Below the pieces are notes generated by a model. That model made no database searches and was not told where the DNA came from. It saw only the letters and a program-made list of their open reading frames with translations. From positions 15,048 through 79,047 of the forward strand of contig JAXHUI010000003.1 in the NCBI GenBank assembly GCA_034189745.1: DNA of 64,000 nt. The letters are read 5' to 3'. Of this stretch, positions 20,235-28,421 are shown piece after piece; within the stretch, counting starts at the first letter, position 1; every line of letters starts with the position of its first letter. Both the position numbers and the translations under genes were made by a program. This DNA comes from Pseudomonadota bacterium. Its GTDB lineage: Bacteria > Pseudomonadota > Gammaproteobacteria > Pseudomonadales > Balneatricaceae.

Positions 20235-20815
20235 CAGACAGCCCTCCCCGGCAAGGCGAGCAGAGAGGCCCTGGCCGTGTCAGCCCAGCACTGCGCCTGG
20301 TGCAGCCGCGAAATCCGCTTTTGCTTGAAAAGCTCGCGGGGGTCCAGATCGAGAGCCAGCAGGTTGCCGGCAAAGTCGTACTCATCGCGCGCGGCGCCCA
20401 CGGCCCCGGCCAAAGAGCCCGCCAGGGAGGCGGGGGCGTGGATCTCATGCAGCCGCGCAGCTTTCGCGCCGTGCATGCCGCGCATGACGACTCGCCAGCG
20501 GCTGCCCAGTTGGGTGCGAAGAGCGAAAATGGCGGCGGGCGTCCCCAGAGCGACCAGGGCAGAGTAGTTGTCGACCGACAACGGCCCCTCCGCCTGGTGG
20601 GAAATCGCCGCGGCACGCTCCAGACTCAGGGGGTGGTGCTCGAGCGATACCCCCCTTGGGGAAAAGGGGAGGCGGGGATCGGGATGCTCCGAGAGCAACA
20701 ACACAGGGCGCAGATCGGTGCGCGGATCACCAACCAGCCCCGCCCAGGCCGGCAGAACCGTTGCCCCACACAGCAGGCCGGTCGTACCGGTCAAAAAGTT
20801 TCGTCGCGTCATCAT
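20234..20815 (-). CDS. Tat-signal protein of unknown function, first gene of the aromatic operon
   Basis: TRRNFLT twin-arginine motif, hydrophobic stretch, AWA cleavage site; GAGGA RBS; stop overlaps the flavoprotein start. Confidence 0.7.
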   Translation of the reverse strand: MMTRRNFLTGTTGLLCGATVLPAWAGLVGDPRTDLRPVLLLSEHPDPRLPFSPRGVSLEHHPLSLERAAAISHQAEGPLSVDNYSALVALGTPAAIFALRTQLGSRWRVVMRGMHGAKAARLHEIHAPASLAGSLAGAVGAARDEYDFAGNLLALDLDPRELFKQKRISRLHQAQCWADTARASLLALPGRAV

Positions 20816-20952
20816 TATTTTTATTCCTCTTGGACGTTAGCGCATCGAAATTAGCACCCCCTCTCAGAGTGCGCAACAAGCTGACCCTTTGAGAGTTGCC
20901 GCCCGCTCCGTTATGATCAGCCGTACCATATCTGAATGGTCGTACCCATAAT

Positions 20953-21783
20953 ATGCTGACACTACCGCTGCTGGTCGAACCCCAGAGTCTACAGGCGCAG
21001 CTGAACCACCCGGATCTGCTGATCATCGATCTTTCCAGCCGGGAGCATTACGCTCAAGGGCATCTGCCCGGTGCCGTTTTGCTCGATCCCGCCCGGCTGC
21101 TGCGCGGCGCTGGCCCCGTTCCCAATCGGATACCCACCGAGGCGCAACTTTCGCGCCTGCTTTCCGAGCTGGGCATCCGCCCTGAAACCCAGGTGGTGGC
21201 CTATGATGATCAGATGGGCCCCTGGGCCGGGCGGCTGGTGTGGACGCTCAACTGCATCGGCCACCCGCGCGCCTCGGTGTTGAACGGCCAGTTGCCCGGC
21301 TGGCAGGCCGCCGGATTCGAGCTGGAAAGGTCGGCCCATGCGCCCACTCCCACCGAACGCCAGGTCGGTTTTAGCCATCCTGAGCTGATCATGAGCGCAG
21401 AGCAGATCGTGGCGGCGCTGGAGCGGAAGCAGCTCACCGTCTGGGATGCCCGCTCGGCGGCCGAATTTTCCGGGGAGAAAGTAGTCAACGCCCTCAGAGG
21501 GGGGCATATCCCCGGGGCGCGCCATCTGGAGTGGAGCGATCTGCTGCAGCCCGGCCCGGTACCGAGACTGAAGCCGGAAGCCGAACTGAAACGGCTGCTG
21601 CAACAGGCGGGCATCGGCCTCGATCAGCCGGTGGTCACCCATTGCCAGACCCACCGGCGTTCGGGCCTCACCTGGCTGGCGGGTAGATGGCTGGGTATGC
21701 GGCAGCTATCCTGCTACGACGGTTCCTGGTTTGAGTGGGGCAATCGCCCCGAGCTGCCAATCGAGCAATCCACCAAGGAGTGA
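20953..21783 (+). CDS. rhdA: Tandem-domain rhodanese (thiosulfate sulfurtransferase, RhdA type)
   Basis: GHLPGA, GHIPGA, active-site loop HCQTHRRSG, YDGSWFEWG. Confidence 0.88.
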   Translation: MLTLPLLVEPQSLQAQLNHPDLLIIDLSSREHYAQGHLPGAVLLDPARLLRGAGPVPNRIPTEAQLSRLLSELGIRPETQVVAYDDQMGPWAGRLVWTLNCIGHPRASVLNGQLPGWQAAGFELERSAHAPTPTERQVGFSHPELIMSAEQIVAALERKQLTVWDARSAAEFSGEKVVNALRGGHIPGARHLEWSDLLQPGPVPRLKPEAELKRLLQQAGIGLDQPVVTHCQTHRRSGLTWLAGRWLGMRQLSCYDGSWFEWGNRPELPIEQSTKE

Positions 21784-22652
21784 ACCCCACCTTGAAAAAG
21801 ACCCTGTTCGTTCTGCTGCAGCATCTTCTGCCCCAACATCTGCTGTCACGCCTGGTGGGGCGCCTCGCCGAGTGCCGCACCCCCTGGATCAAGAACCGGC
21901 TCATCGACGGCTTCCGTCGCTACTACGACGTAGACATGAGCGAGGCGCTGCAGCCGGACCCGGCGGCCTACCCGCACTTCAACGCCTTTTTCACCCGCGC
22001 CTTGAAGGCGGACGCTCGCCCCCTGGACACCACCCCGGGGGCGGTGCTGTCACCGGTCGATGGCACCATCAGTCAGCGGGGAACCCTCCAGTATGGCCGC
22101 ATCTTTCAGGCCAAGGGGCGCGGCTACGCACTGACCACCCTGCTCGGTGGCGACAGCCAACGGGCCGACCCCTTCATCGACGGTGAATTCGCCACGCTCT
22201 ACCTGTCGCCGCGGGATTACCATCGGGTACACATGCCGCTGACCGGAACCCTGCGCGAAACGGTTTACATTCCGGGCGATCTCTATTCGGTCAACGCCAC
22301 CACGACCGCGGGCGTGGAAAACCTGTTTGCCCGCAACGAGCGCCTGGTGGCGATCTTCGATACGGCGTTGGGCCCCATGGCGATGGTGCTGGTGGGAGCG
22401 ATGATCGTGGCCGGCATCGAGACCGTCTGGCGCGGCCAGGTGGCACCACTACCGCGCCAGCCTCTGCTCCTGGACCGCTTTGACGCCACCCCGCCCCGGC
22501 TGGAGCAGGGTGCCGAGATGGGCCGATTCAAACTGGGATCGACTGTCATACTGCTCTTCCCCAAGGGCAGCCTGCAGTGGCTGGAGGGCCTATCGGCGGG
22601 CAGCCCGGTACGGATGGGTGAGCGGCTGGGACTGGCGCGGCGGGTCTGTTAG
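21780..22652 (+). CDS. psd: Phosphatidylserine decarboxylase proenzyme
   Basis: FNAFFTRALK, SPVDG, YLSPRDYHRVHMP, NLFARNER, GRFKLGST self-cleavage motif. Start uncertain (GTG 21780 or TTG 21792). Confidence 0.95.
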   Translation: MNPTLKKTLFVLLQHLLPQHLLSRLVGRLAECRTPWIKNRLIDGFRRYYDVDMSEALQPDPAAYPHFNAFFTRALKADARPLDTTPGAVLSPVDGTISQRGTLQYGRIFQAKGRGYALTTLLGGDSQRADPFIDGEFATLYLSPRDYHRVHMPLTGTLRETVYIPGDLYSVNATTTAGVENLFARNERLVAIFDTALGPMAMVLVGAMIVAGIETVWRGQVAPLPRQPLLLDRFDATPPRLEQGAEMGRFKLGSTVILLFPKGSLQWLEGLSAGSPVRMGERLGLARRVC

Positions 22653-22728
22653 CGCCACCGGCACTCTGGCAAAAAGGGGTGGCCGACACACCGGGCCACC
22701 CATCGATCAGCTCGCGACGGAGAACACC

Positions 22729-23730
22729 ATGCACACAGATTGGGTCGACCGGCTCAGGCAGCCGGGGTTTGAACTGGAAAATGACAGGCTGACCAAAGCG
22801 CCCGCCCCGCGGCACACCACCCGCTATGTCCCCCTGACCGACTACAGCATCATCTCGGTGCGGGGCCCCGCGGCGCATGACTTTCTGCAGGGACAGCTGA
22901 CCTGCGACCTGGATGAAGTCGACCGTCTGGGAGCACTGCCCGGGGCCCATTGCACCATCAAGGGGCGGGTACACAGCCTCTATCAGGTGATGCGCGCTGG
23001 CGACGCCGGCTATTGGCTGCGGGTTCGCAGCGACATGGCGGCAGACGCCCTCGCCTTGCTGAACAAATACATCATTTTTTCCAAGGCCGAAGCCAAACGG
23101 GAGGAGGCGCTGGTCGGCATCGGCCTGTTTGGCCCCGACGCCGCGAAGCTCGGTGACCAGCTCAGTGCCGACCTTGGCATTACCCATCTGCTGGTGACCG
23201 AACGCCCGGGCGCGCGGCGGGAGTGCTGGTTCGAAGCCCGGCTGATGCCAGCGGTGCTGGAGCTGGTCGAGCAGGGCGCCAGCCCGGCGGAGCGCAACGC
23301 CTGGGAGCTGCTCGAGATCGATGCCGCCGTGCCGGAGCTGGCGCCGGCCACCGCCGAGGCTTTTATTCCGCAGATGCTCAACCTGCAGGCGCTTGGCGGC
23401 GTCAGCTTCACCAAGGGGTGCTATACCGGGCAGGAGATCGTGACCCGGCTGCAGCACCGCGGCCAGCTCAAAAGGCCGATGTATCTGGCGGAGGTTTTCT
23501 GCAAGGCCGCCCCCCAACCGGGCGACCCGGTGGCCGTTGCGGAGCGGGACGAAGTCGGCCAGGTGGTGCGAGCGGCCCCCATCCCCGGCGGTTACAGGCT
23601 GCTGGCCGTCATCGCCAAGGAGCAGGCCGACCAACTACCGCTGCACCTCGGCGGCCGTGAAGGCCCCTTGCTCAAACTGCTGCCGCTGCCCTACGAACTC
23701 GACCCCGCGCTGTTCCAGAGCAAGCGGTGA
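22729..23730 (+). CDS. ygfZ: Folate-binding Fe-S/tRNA modification protein YgfZ
   Basis: FLQGQLTCD, FIPQMLNL, signature KGCYTGQE. Confidence 0.92.
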   Translation: MHTDWVDRLRQPGFELENDRLTKAPAPRHTTRYVPLTDYSIISVRGPAAHDFLQGQLTCDLDEVDRLGALPGAHCTIKGRVHSLYQVMRAGDAGYWLRVRSDMAADALALLNKYIIFSKAEAKREEALVGIGLFGPDAAKLGDQLSADLGITHLLVTERPGARRECWFEARLMPAVLELVEQGASPAERNAWELLEIDAAVPELAPATAEAFIPQMLNLQALGGVSFTKGCYTGQEIVTRLQHRGQLKRPMYLAEVFCKAAPQPGDPVAVAERDEVGQVVRAAPIPGGYRLLAVIAKEQADQLPLHLGGREGPLLKLLPLPYELDPALFQSKR

Positions 23731-24017
23731 TCGGCCCGACGCCAAACCCGGGCGTGCCCGTCATCGAGGTCAAAATGCGCGAAAGCCTGTTTATCAAAGA
23801 GGGTACCGGAGAACTGATGCTCTCGCGCAAGCTCAATAGGCTGGTCAAGGCCCACGACGCCCAGGCCGTACTGCTTGGCACCTATGCCATAGGCGGCCAA
23901 TATGTCTATGTCAACGTGCGCCTGGTGCGTACCAGTGACAACATCATCCTGGGCTCCCACGATTTCAGCTTGCCGCTCAATAGCGATATAAAGGCGATGC
24001 TGCCCCGGCGCCGTTGA
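23727..24017 (+). pseudogene. C-terminal half of a FlgO-family domain (truncated remnant or short variant)
   Basis: GELMLSR...AQAVLLGTY...VNVRLV...ILGSHDF matches the recalled FlgO C-terminal pattern; no signal peptide or N-terminal half. Confidence 0.5.
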
Positions 24018-24031
24018 GCGATGACCACGCC

Positions 24032-24072
24032 CCAATGGAGCGGCACCGGTGAGCCGCTCCATTGGAGTTTTA
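24032..24072 (+). terminator. Intrinsic terminator after ygfZ/flgO-like
   Basis: Perfect 13-bp stem CCAATGGAGCGGC / GCCGCTCCATTGG, 8-nt loop, followed by AGTTTTA. Confidence 0.75.
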
Positions 24073-24331
24073 TCCCTCGAGGCTGGCATCACGCGCAACT
24101 CCGGTCTGAACGGCGGCAAACCTTTCACCCCAGTTCCTCAGCCTCGACGACACCGCCTGTTCCACCCTCGCCACACTTTTGGCCGCTGCGAACCGATTGG
24201 CCCGAATCAATATTGCAGGCGCAGAAGGTCACGCCGATTCTCCGATGGGCACAGTAATCTCCTCCTATCACTGCTAGGCTGGGGGTGATTGGTTTTGTCT
24301 GCTTCATTGCAGACTAATGAGGAGAGTCTAT

Positions 24332-25555
24332 ATGCAAGTCAATCCCGACAAGGGGTATATCGCCCTGCTGGGCTGGAGTCTCAACGCCGTTGAAGCGGCG
24401 GCGGCCTTCGATCGACGTTATGTCGTGGTCGCACCGGACTGGGCCGAGGAGTACTGTCAGCAGCATGACATTCCTTACCTGGCCTGGAACTTTGAACGAC
24501 TCAATGACCGATCCATGGAGATAGCCGAAACCCTCGAGGCGATGGGGGTTGATGTCGCCGTGCCGCTGTTTGAGGAAACCGTCGAATGGGCCGGCGCCAT
24601 CAATGCGGTATTGCTGGACAACCCCCGCCTGCTGGGGCAATCCATGTTGATGCGTGACAAGTCCCTGATGAAGCGGCGCGCCCAGCTGGGCGGTATTCGG
24701 GTTGGCATTTTCGAAGAAGCCCACGACAGGGAGGATGTGGTCCGCTTCCTGCGCCGGGTCAACCAGACACTGCTCAAACTGGACGGTGACCCCAACGACC
24801 CGATCCACTTCAAGGCGTTCGACAAGGCGGGCAGCCTGGGTCACCGAGTGATACGCACCCCCGATGAGGTCGATGCGATCCCGGATGATGAGTTTCCTGC
24901 ACTGATGGAATCGCACCTGGATGGGTGGGAGTTCGCCGTGGAGGCATGGGTTCACCATGGCAAGGTTGTGTTTCTCAACATCTCCGAATATGTCACCCTG
25001 GGCTACTCGGTCTTTGTTCCCGCCTCCCCCGAGCTTGAAGCCTACCGCCCACAGATCAAGGCGCAGATTGAAAAGCTGGTCAAAACCTTCGATATTGAAT
25101 TTGGTCTTATCCACCCGGAATATTTTGTCACCAGTGATGGTGAGATGTACTTTGGCGAAGTCGCTTACCGTCCTCCCGGTTTTAAGGTGTTCGAGCTGCT
25201 GGAAAAGGTTTACGGTTTTAATGCCTATCAGGCCACCATGCTGGTGTTCGATCCCAAAACCACGGCGGCAGAGGTGAGGGCCTTTTTCCCGCGTGAAATC
25301 GAAGATGCCAACGGATATGCCGGCTGTTTCGGGGTTTATCCGCGTCGGCGCGTGGTTAGCCGGCTTGAAATTCCGGCAGAGACCGAAGATCACCCCTACT
25401 TCGATTTCCACGAGCTGACCCCTCCGCTGCAGGAAACGGTCACCAAACGGACCGCCTTTGGTACCCACTGGGGGCTGATCTATTTTACCGGGCCCGACGC
25501 CCATGAGATGCGTCGACTACTCAAGCGACAGGAAGAGCTGGATTTTTATATATAA
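24332..25555 (+). CDS. ATP-grasp carboxylate-amine ligase, L-amino-acid-ligase-like
   Basis: RDKSLMK, KAFDKAGSLG, MESHLDGWEFAVE, IHPEYF, GEVAYRPPG; GAGGAG RBS before ATG 24332. Confidence 0.8.
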   Translation: MQVNPDKGYIALLGWSLNAVEAAAAFDRRYVVVAPDWAEEYCQQHDIPYLAWNFERLNDRSMEIAETLEAMGVDVAVPLFEETVEWAGAINAVLLDNPRLLGQSMLMRDKSLMKRRAQLGGIRVGIFEEAHDREDVVRFLRRVNQTLLKLDGDPNDPIHFKAFDKAGSLGHRVIRTPDEVDAIPDDEFPALMESHLDGWEFAVEAWVHHGKVVFLNISEYVTLGYSVFVPASPELEAYRPQIKAQIEKLVKTFDIEFGLIHPEYFVTSDGEMYFGEVAYRPPGFKVFELLEKVYGFNAYQATMLVFDPKTTAAEVRAFFPREIEDANGYAGCFGVYPRRRVVSRLEIPAETEDHPYFDFHELTPPLQETVTKRTAFGTHWGLIYFTGPDAHEMRRLLKRQEELDFYI

Positions 25556-25592
25556 TGTCGGGCAATCTTCGGGAACTTAGACAGGGGCCTGT

Positions 25593-27605
25593 GTGAACAG
25601 CGACCAGAACAGTGCGAACGACAAGCTGACCACGCTGCTGCGGCGCCTGGATCAGGCGATCGAGCAATATCAGAGTGCGGTAGAGTTTGCCAAACCGGGC
25701 AAGCTGCCTCGATTGGTCGACCTGTTGCGGCGGGTTCTGTTGGAAGAGGGGGGGTGTGCGGCTGTTGAGGCTCGTGCCCAGCGCCTGGAAGAGGCCGGTT
25801 TTTTTGCCGGCACAGACTGGGCAACGCCACAAATCCTGGTGCCCTCACTGACCCCACATGCGTTGGGCAGTGCCGATGCCACCCTTGTGGTGCTGGAGGC
25901 CGTCAGCGAGCTCAGACTGCTGACGGTCGCGCTCCATGGCTACCCGCATCCGCTGATTTCAGCCGAGCAGGCGCATAACTACCTGACTCAGGTGATGGCG
26001 ATCAACCTGGCCTTGCTGTTTATGCCACCCTCCGAGGCTGAGCGGGAGACACAGGGGCGACTGGCTCAGCTTCCGCGCAATCTGTTTCAGCATCTGGCGC
26101 AACGCATCGGCTATGAGCGGATCATTGACCGACTGATTGACGAGATCTGGCGGATCCTGCGCCAGCGCCCCATTCAGGTAGAACCGGTCAAGCAGATGGT
26201 GACCCAGATCGCCATCTGCCAGCAGGACCCGAATATCGACCTGGGCGGCAGTGGCCAGGGGGCCGACCGACTGGTCAGCAGCCTGTTTGGCGTGACCCAG
26301 GCCTGTCGGGAAGACCCCGGCGTAGAGGTGTATGCCGAGCGGCTGGCCAGCATGGACCGGCAGGCGCTGCAGTCCGAGGCCATCGGATTTGCCCGCGCCA
26401 TGCATGATACCGGGCTGGTCTCGCCCTACCATGCGGTGCTGTTACGCCACCTTCTGGTTCAGGATGAGCATTTGACCAGCGAAGCGTTGGGATTATCGTC
26501 CACGGGGCGTGATTGCTTCCTCTGCTACCGGGAGCTGGTACTGGCCTTGATCGGTCAGGGGATCTATCCGGAAACGGCTCAGGGGATCTACGGACTGGCG
26601 CTAATGCTGGAACGCGGCATTCTTTACCAGCCACCGGTGGCGCCTGCGCTCTGGCGCCAGCTGGGGCTGCGGCTCTCCAACTGGTCCCGGCAGCGGCTTG
26701 AGCTGGCGTTTGGCAGCGGGGTGACGGCCGAATCCCGCCTGGTTGAAGGGGTGCTGTGCATTCTGGGCTTGCCGCTGGGCGTCGGGCAGGGCAACAACCC
26801 GACCTGTCAGTCAGCACGCGCCCTGTCGATGTGGGCCTATAACGACCCGGATTACCTGCTGCAAATGCTGGTCTGGGCGGCTCGAGATGATGAGATCATC
26901 ATGCACTTTGAAGGGCAGCCGATCTCATCCCGAGAAAGCCTGGGCGGTGTCGCACGGGAACTTCCCATGGATCTTGATCCTGTTTCACTGCTGGTGGTCC
27001 CCCACCTGGATCTCATCTATGCCGAAATGGGACGGCGCTGCATCGGGCGTGAAGGAGACCCACACCGCTGGGTCAACCCGGAGTTTCACGGCTGGTGGTC
27101 CGGGCGCGGCTTCCGCATCAACGTGGACGTTGCGACCGGCAGCTTGATCGATCTGGATGACTTCCTGCGCACGTTCTACACCTGCTACCACCCCTACTAC
27201 AATGGCAACCAACCGTTGATCCACCCGCAGCCGGCCGGTATCGCCGTTACCGACAGCGCCGCGCGCTTTCTCGGCTGGCACGCGATTACGCTTCTGCGTG
27301 TTGCCCTCGATCCCGATGAGGTCATGCGCGTCTATTTCTACAACCCCAACAACGACAGTGGTCAGAATTGGGGCGATGGCGTGGTGGTCAGCACATCCGA
27401 CCGGGGCGAACGCTTTGGCGAGTCTTCGCTCCCCTTCGTGCAGTTCGCCTCACGGCTGTACATTTTTCACCATGACCCACTGGAGGGCGGTGACAAAACA
27501 CAGGTAACAGAGCAGGAGCTGACTGAAGTGAAAAACTACATCGCGCGCAGCTGGGGCGCCGACCGACAGCCCAGCGCCGCGCCCATGCAGACCACGAGCC
27601 GCTAG
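25593..27605 (+). CDS. 670-aa hypothetical protein with a putative papain/calpain-like catalytic domain
   Basis: Long ORF 37 nt after the ATP-grasp gene; QGNNPTC (Q399/C405), GWHAITL (H563), FYNPNNDSGQNWG (N584); no signal peptide. Confidence 0.65.
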   Translation: MNSDQNSANDKLTTLLRRLDQAIEQYQSAVEFAKPGKLPRLVDLLRRVLLEEGGCAAVEARAQRLEEAGFFAGTDWATPQILVPSLTPHALGSADATLVVLEAVSELRLLTVALHGYPHPLISAEQAHNYLTQVMAINLALLFMPPSEAERETQGRLAQLPRNLFQHLAQRIGYERIIDRLIDEIWRILRQRPIQVEPVKQMVTQIAICQQDPNIDLGGSGQGADRLVSSLFGVTQACREDPGVEVYAERLASMDRQALQSEAIGFARAMHDTGLVSPYHAVLLRHLLVQDEHLTSEALGLSSTGRDCFLCYRELVLALIGQGIYPETAQGIYGLALMLERGILYQPPVAPALWRQLGLRLSNWSRQRLELAFGSGVTAESRLVEGVLCILGLPLGVGQGNNPTCQSARALSMWAYNDPDYLLQMLVWAARDDEIIMHFEGQPISSRESLGGVARELPMDLDPVSLLVVPHLDLIYAEMGRRCIGREGDPHRWVNPEFHGWWSGRGFRINVDVATGSLIDLDDFLRTFYTCYHPYYNGNQPLIHPQPAGIAVTDSAARFLGWHAITLLRVALDPDEVMRVYFYNPNNDSGQNWGDGVVVSTSDRGERFGESSLPFVQFASRLYIFHHDPLEGGDKTQVTEQELTEVKNYIARSWGADRQPSAAPMQTTSR

Positions 27606-27611
27606 CGCCGC

Positions 27612-28301
27612 TCAGGCAGCGGGCGTCTCGGGCAGCTGCCAATCGATCGGCGCGCACCCCTGCTCGATCAGCCACCGATTGGCCTGGCTGAAGTGCCGAC
27701 AGCCCAGAAACCCACGCCGGGCCGAGAGGGGGGAGGGGTGCGCCGCCTCGAGGACCCGGTGGCGGTTGCGGTCGATCTTCGCCCCCTTTTTCTGTGCCTG
27801 ACCTCCCCAGAGCATGAACACGACCGCGTCGCAGCGATCGTTGACCAGCTGAATCACCCGGTCGGTGAACCGCTCCCACCCCCTGCCCCGGTGGGCATTG
27901 GCGTTGCCCTGTTCCACCGTCAGCACCGCGTTGAGCAGCAACACCCCCTGCTGCGCCCAGTGTTCCAGACAGCCATGGCCGGCCGGGGGAATGCCCAGAT
28001 CCGCCTGCAGCTCCTTGTAGATATTTTGCAATGAGGGGGGAATGCGCACCCCCGGTTTGACCGAAAAGCACAATCCATGGGCCTGACCCGGCTGGTGGTA
28101 GGGGTCCTGACCGATGATCACCACCTTCACCCGCTCCAGCGGGGTGGCTTCCAGGGCGTGGAACCAGTCGCTGGAGCGCGGATAGATCACCTTGCCGGCC
28201 GCTTTCTCCGCCTGCAGAAACCGTTTCAGCGCCTGCATGTAGGGCTGCTCGAACTCGGATTGCAGCCAGCGCTGCCAATCGGGTGCCTTCTCCAGTGCCA
28301 T
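27612..28301 (-). CDS. ung: Uracil-DNA glycosylase (family 1)
   Basis: [23 protein letters not shown]; GGAGGA RBS before ATG 28301. Confidence 0.97.
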   Translation of the reverse strand: MALEKAPDWQRWLQSEFEQPYMQALKRFLQAEKAAGKVIYPRSSDWFHALEATPLERVKVVIIGQDPYHQPGQAHGLCFSVKPGVRIPPSLQNIYKELQADLGIPPAGHGCLEHWAQQGVLLLNAVLTVEQGNANAHRGRGWERFTDRVIQLVNDRCDAVVFMLWGGQAQKKGAKIDRNRHRVLEAAHPSPLSARRGFLGCRHFSQANRWLIEQGCAPIDWQLPETPAA

Positions 28302-28421
28302 TGATCCTCCCGAAAACAGGCCCCAGAGGGGAGAGCCCCCTGGGGCCTGGCAAGTTGCACCTGTAACGGGGGCCACCAAAGCGCGGCCCTGGGGTGACTC
28401 GCCTCCGACAAAAAGGGGCGG

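Noticed and set aside
18489-20567. 692-aa plus-strand ORF and similar long ORFs (28572-29996 +, 47446-49080 -, 49129-50553 -, 49905-51410 +, 1087-2148 +)
   Set aside because: They lie antisense to, or out of frame with, well-supported genes and have no motifs. Long shadow ORFs are expected in GC-rich DNA.
21640-21666. Rhodanese active-site loop CQTHRR instead of the recalled CQTHHR
   Set aside because: A single conservative change in a variable loop, with the catalytic Cys intact.
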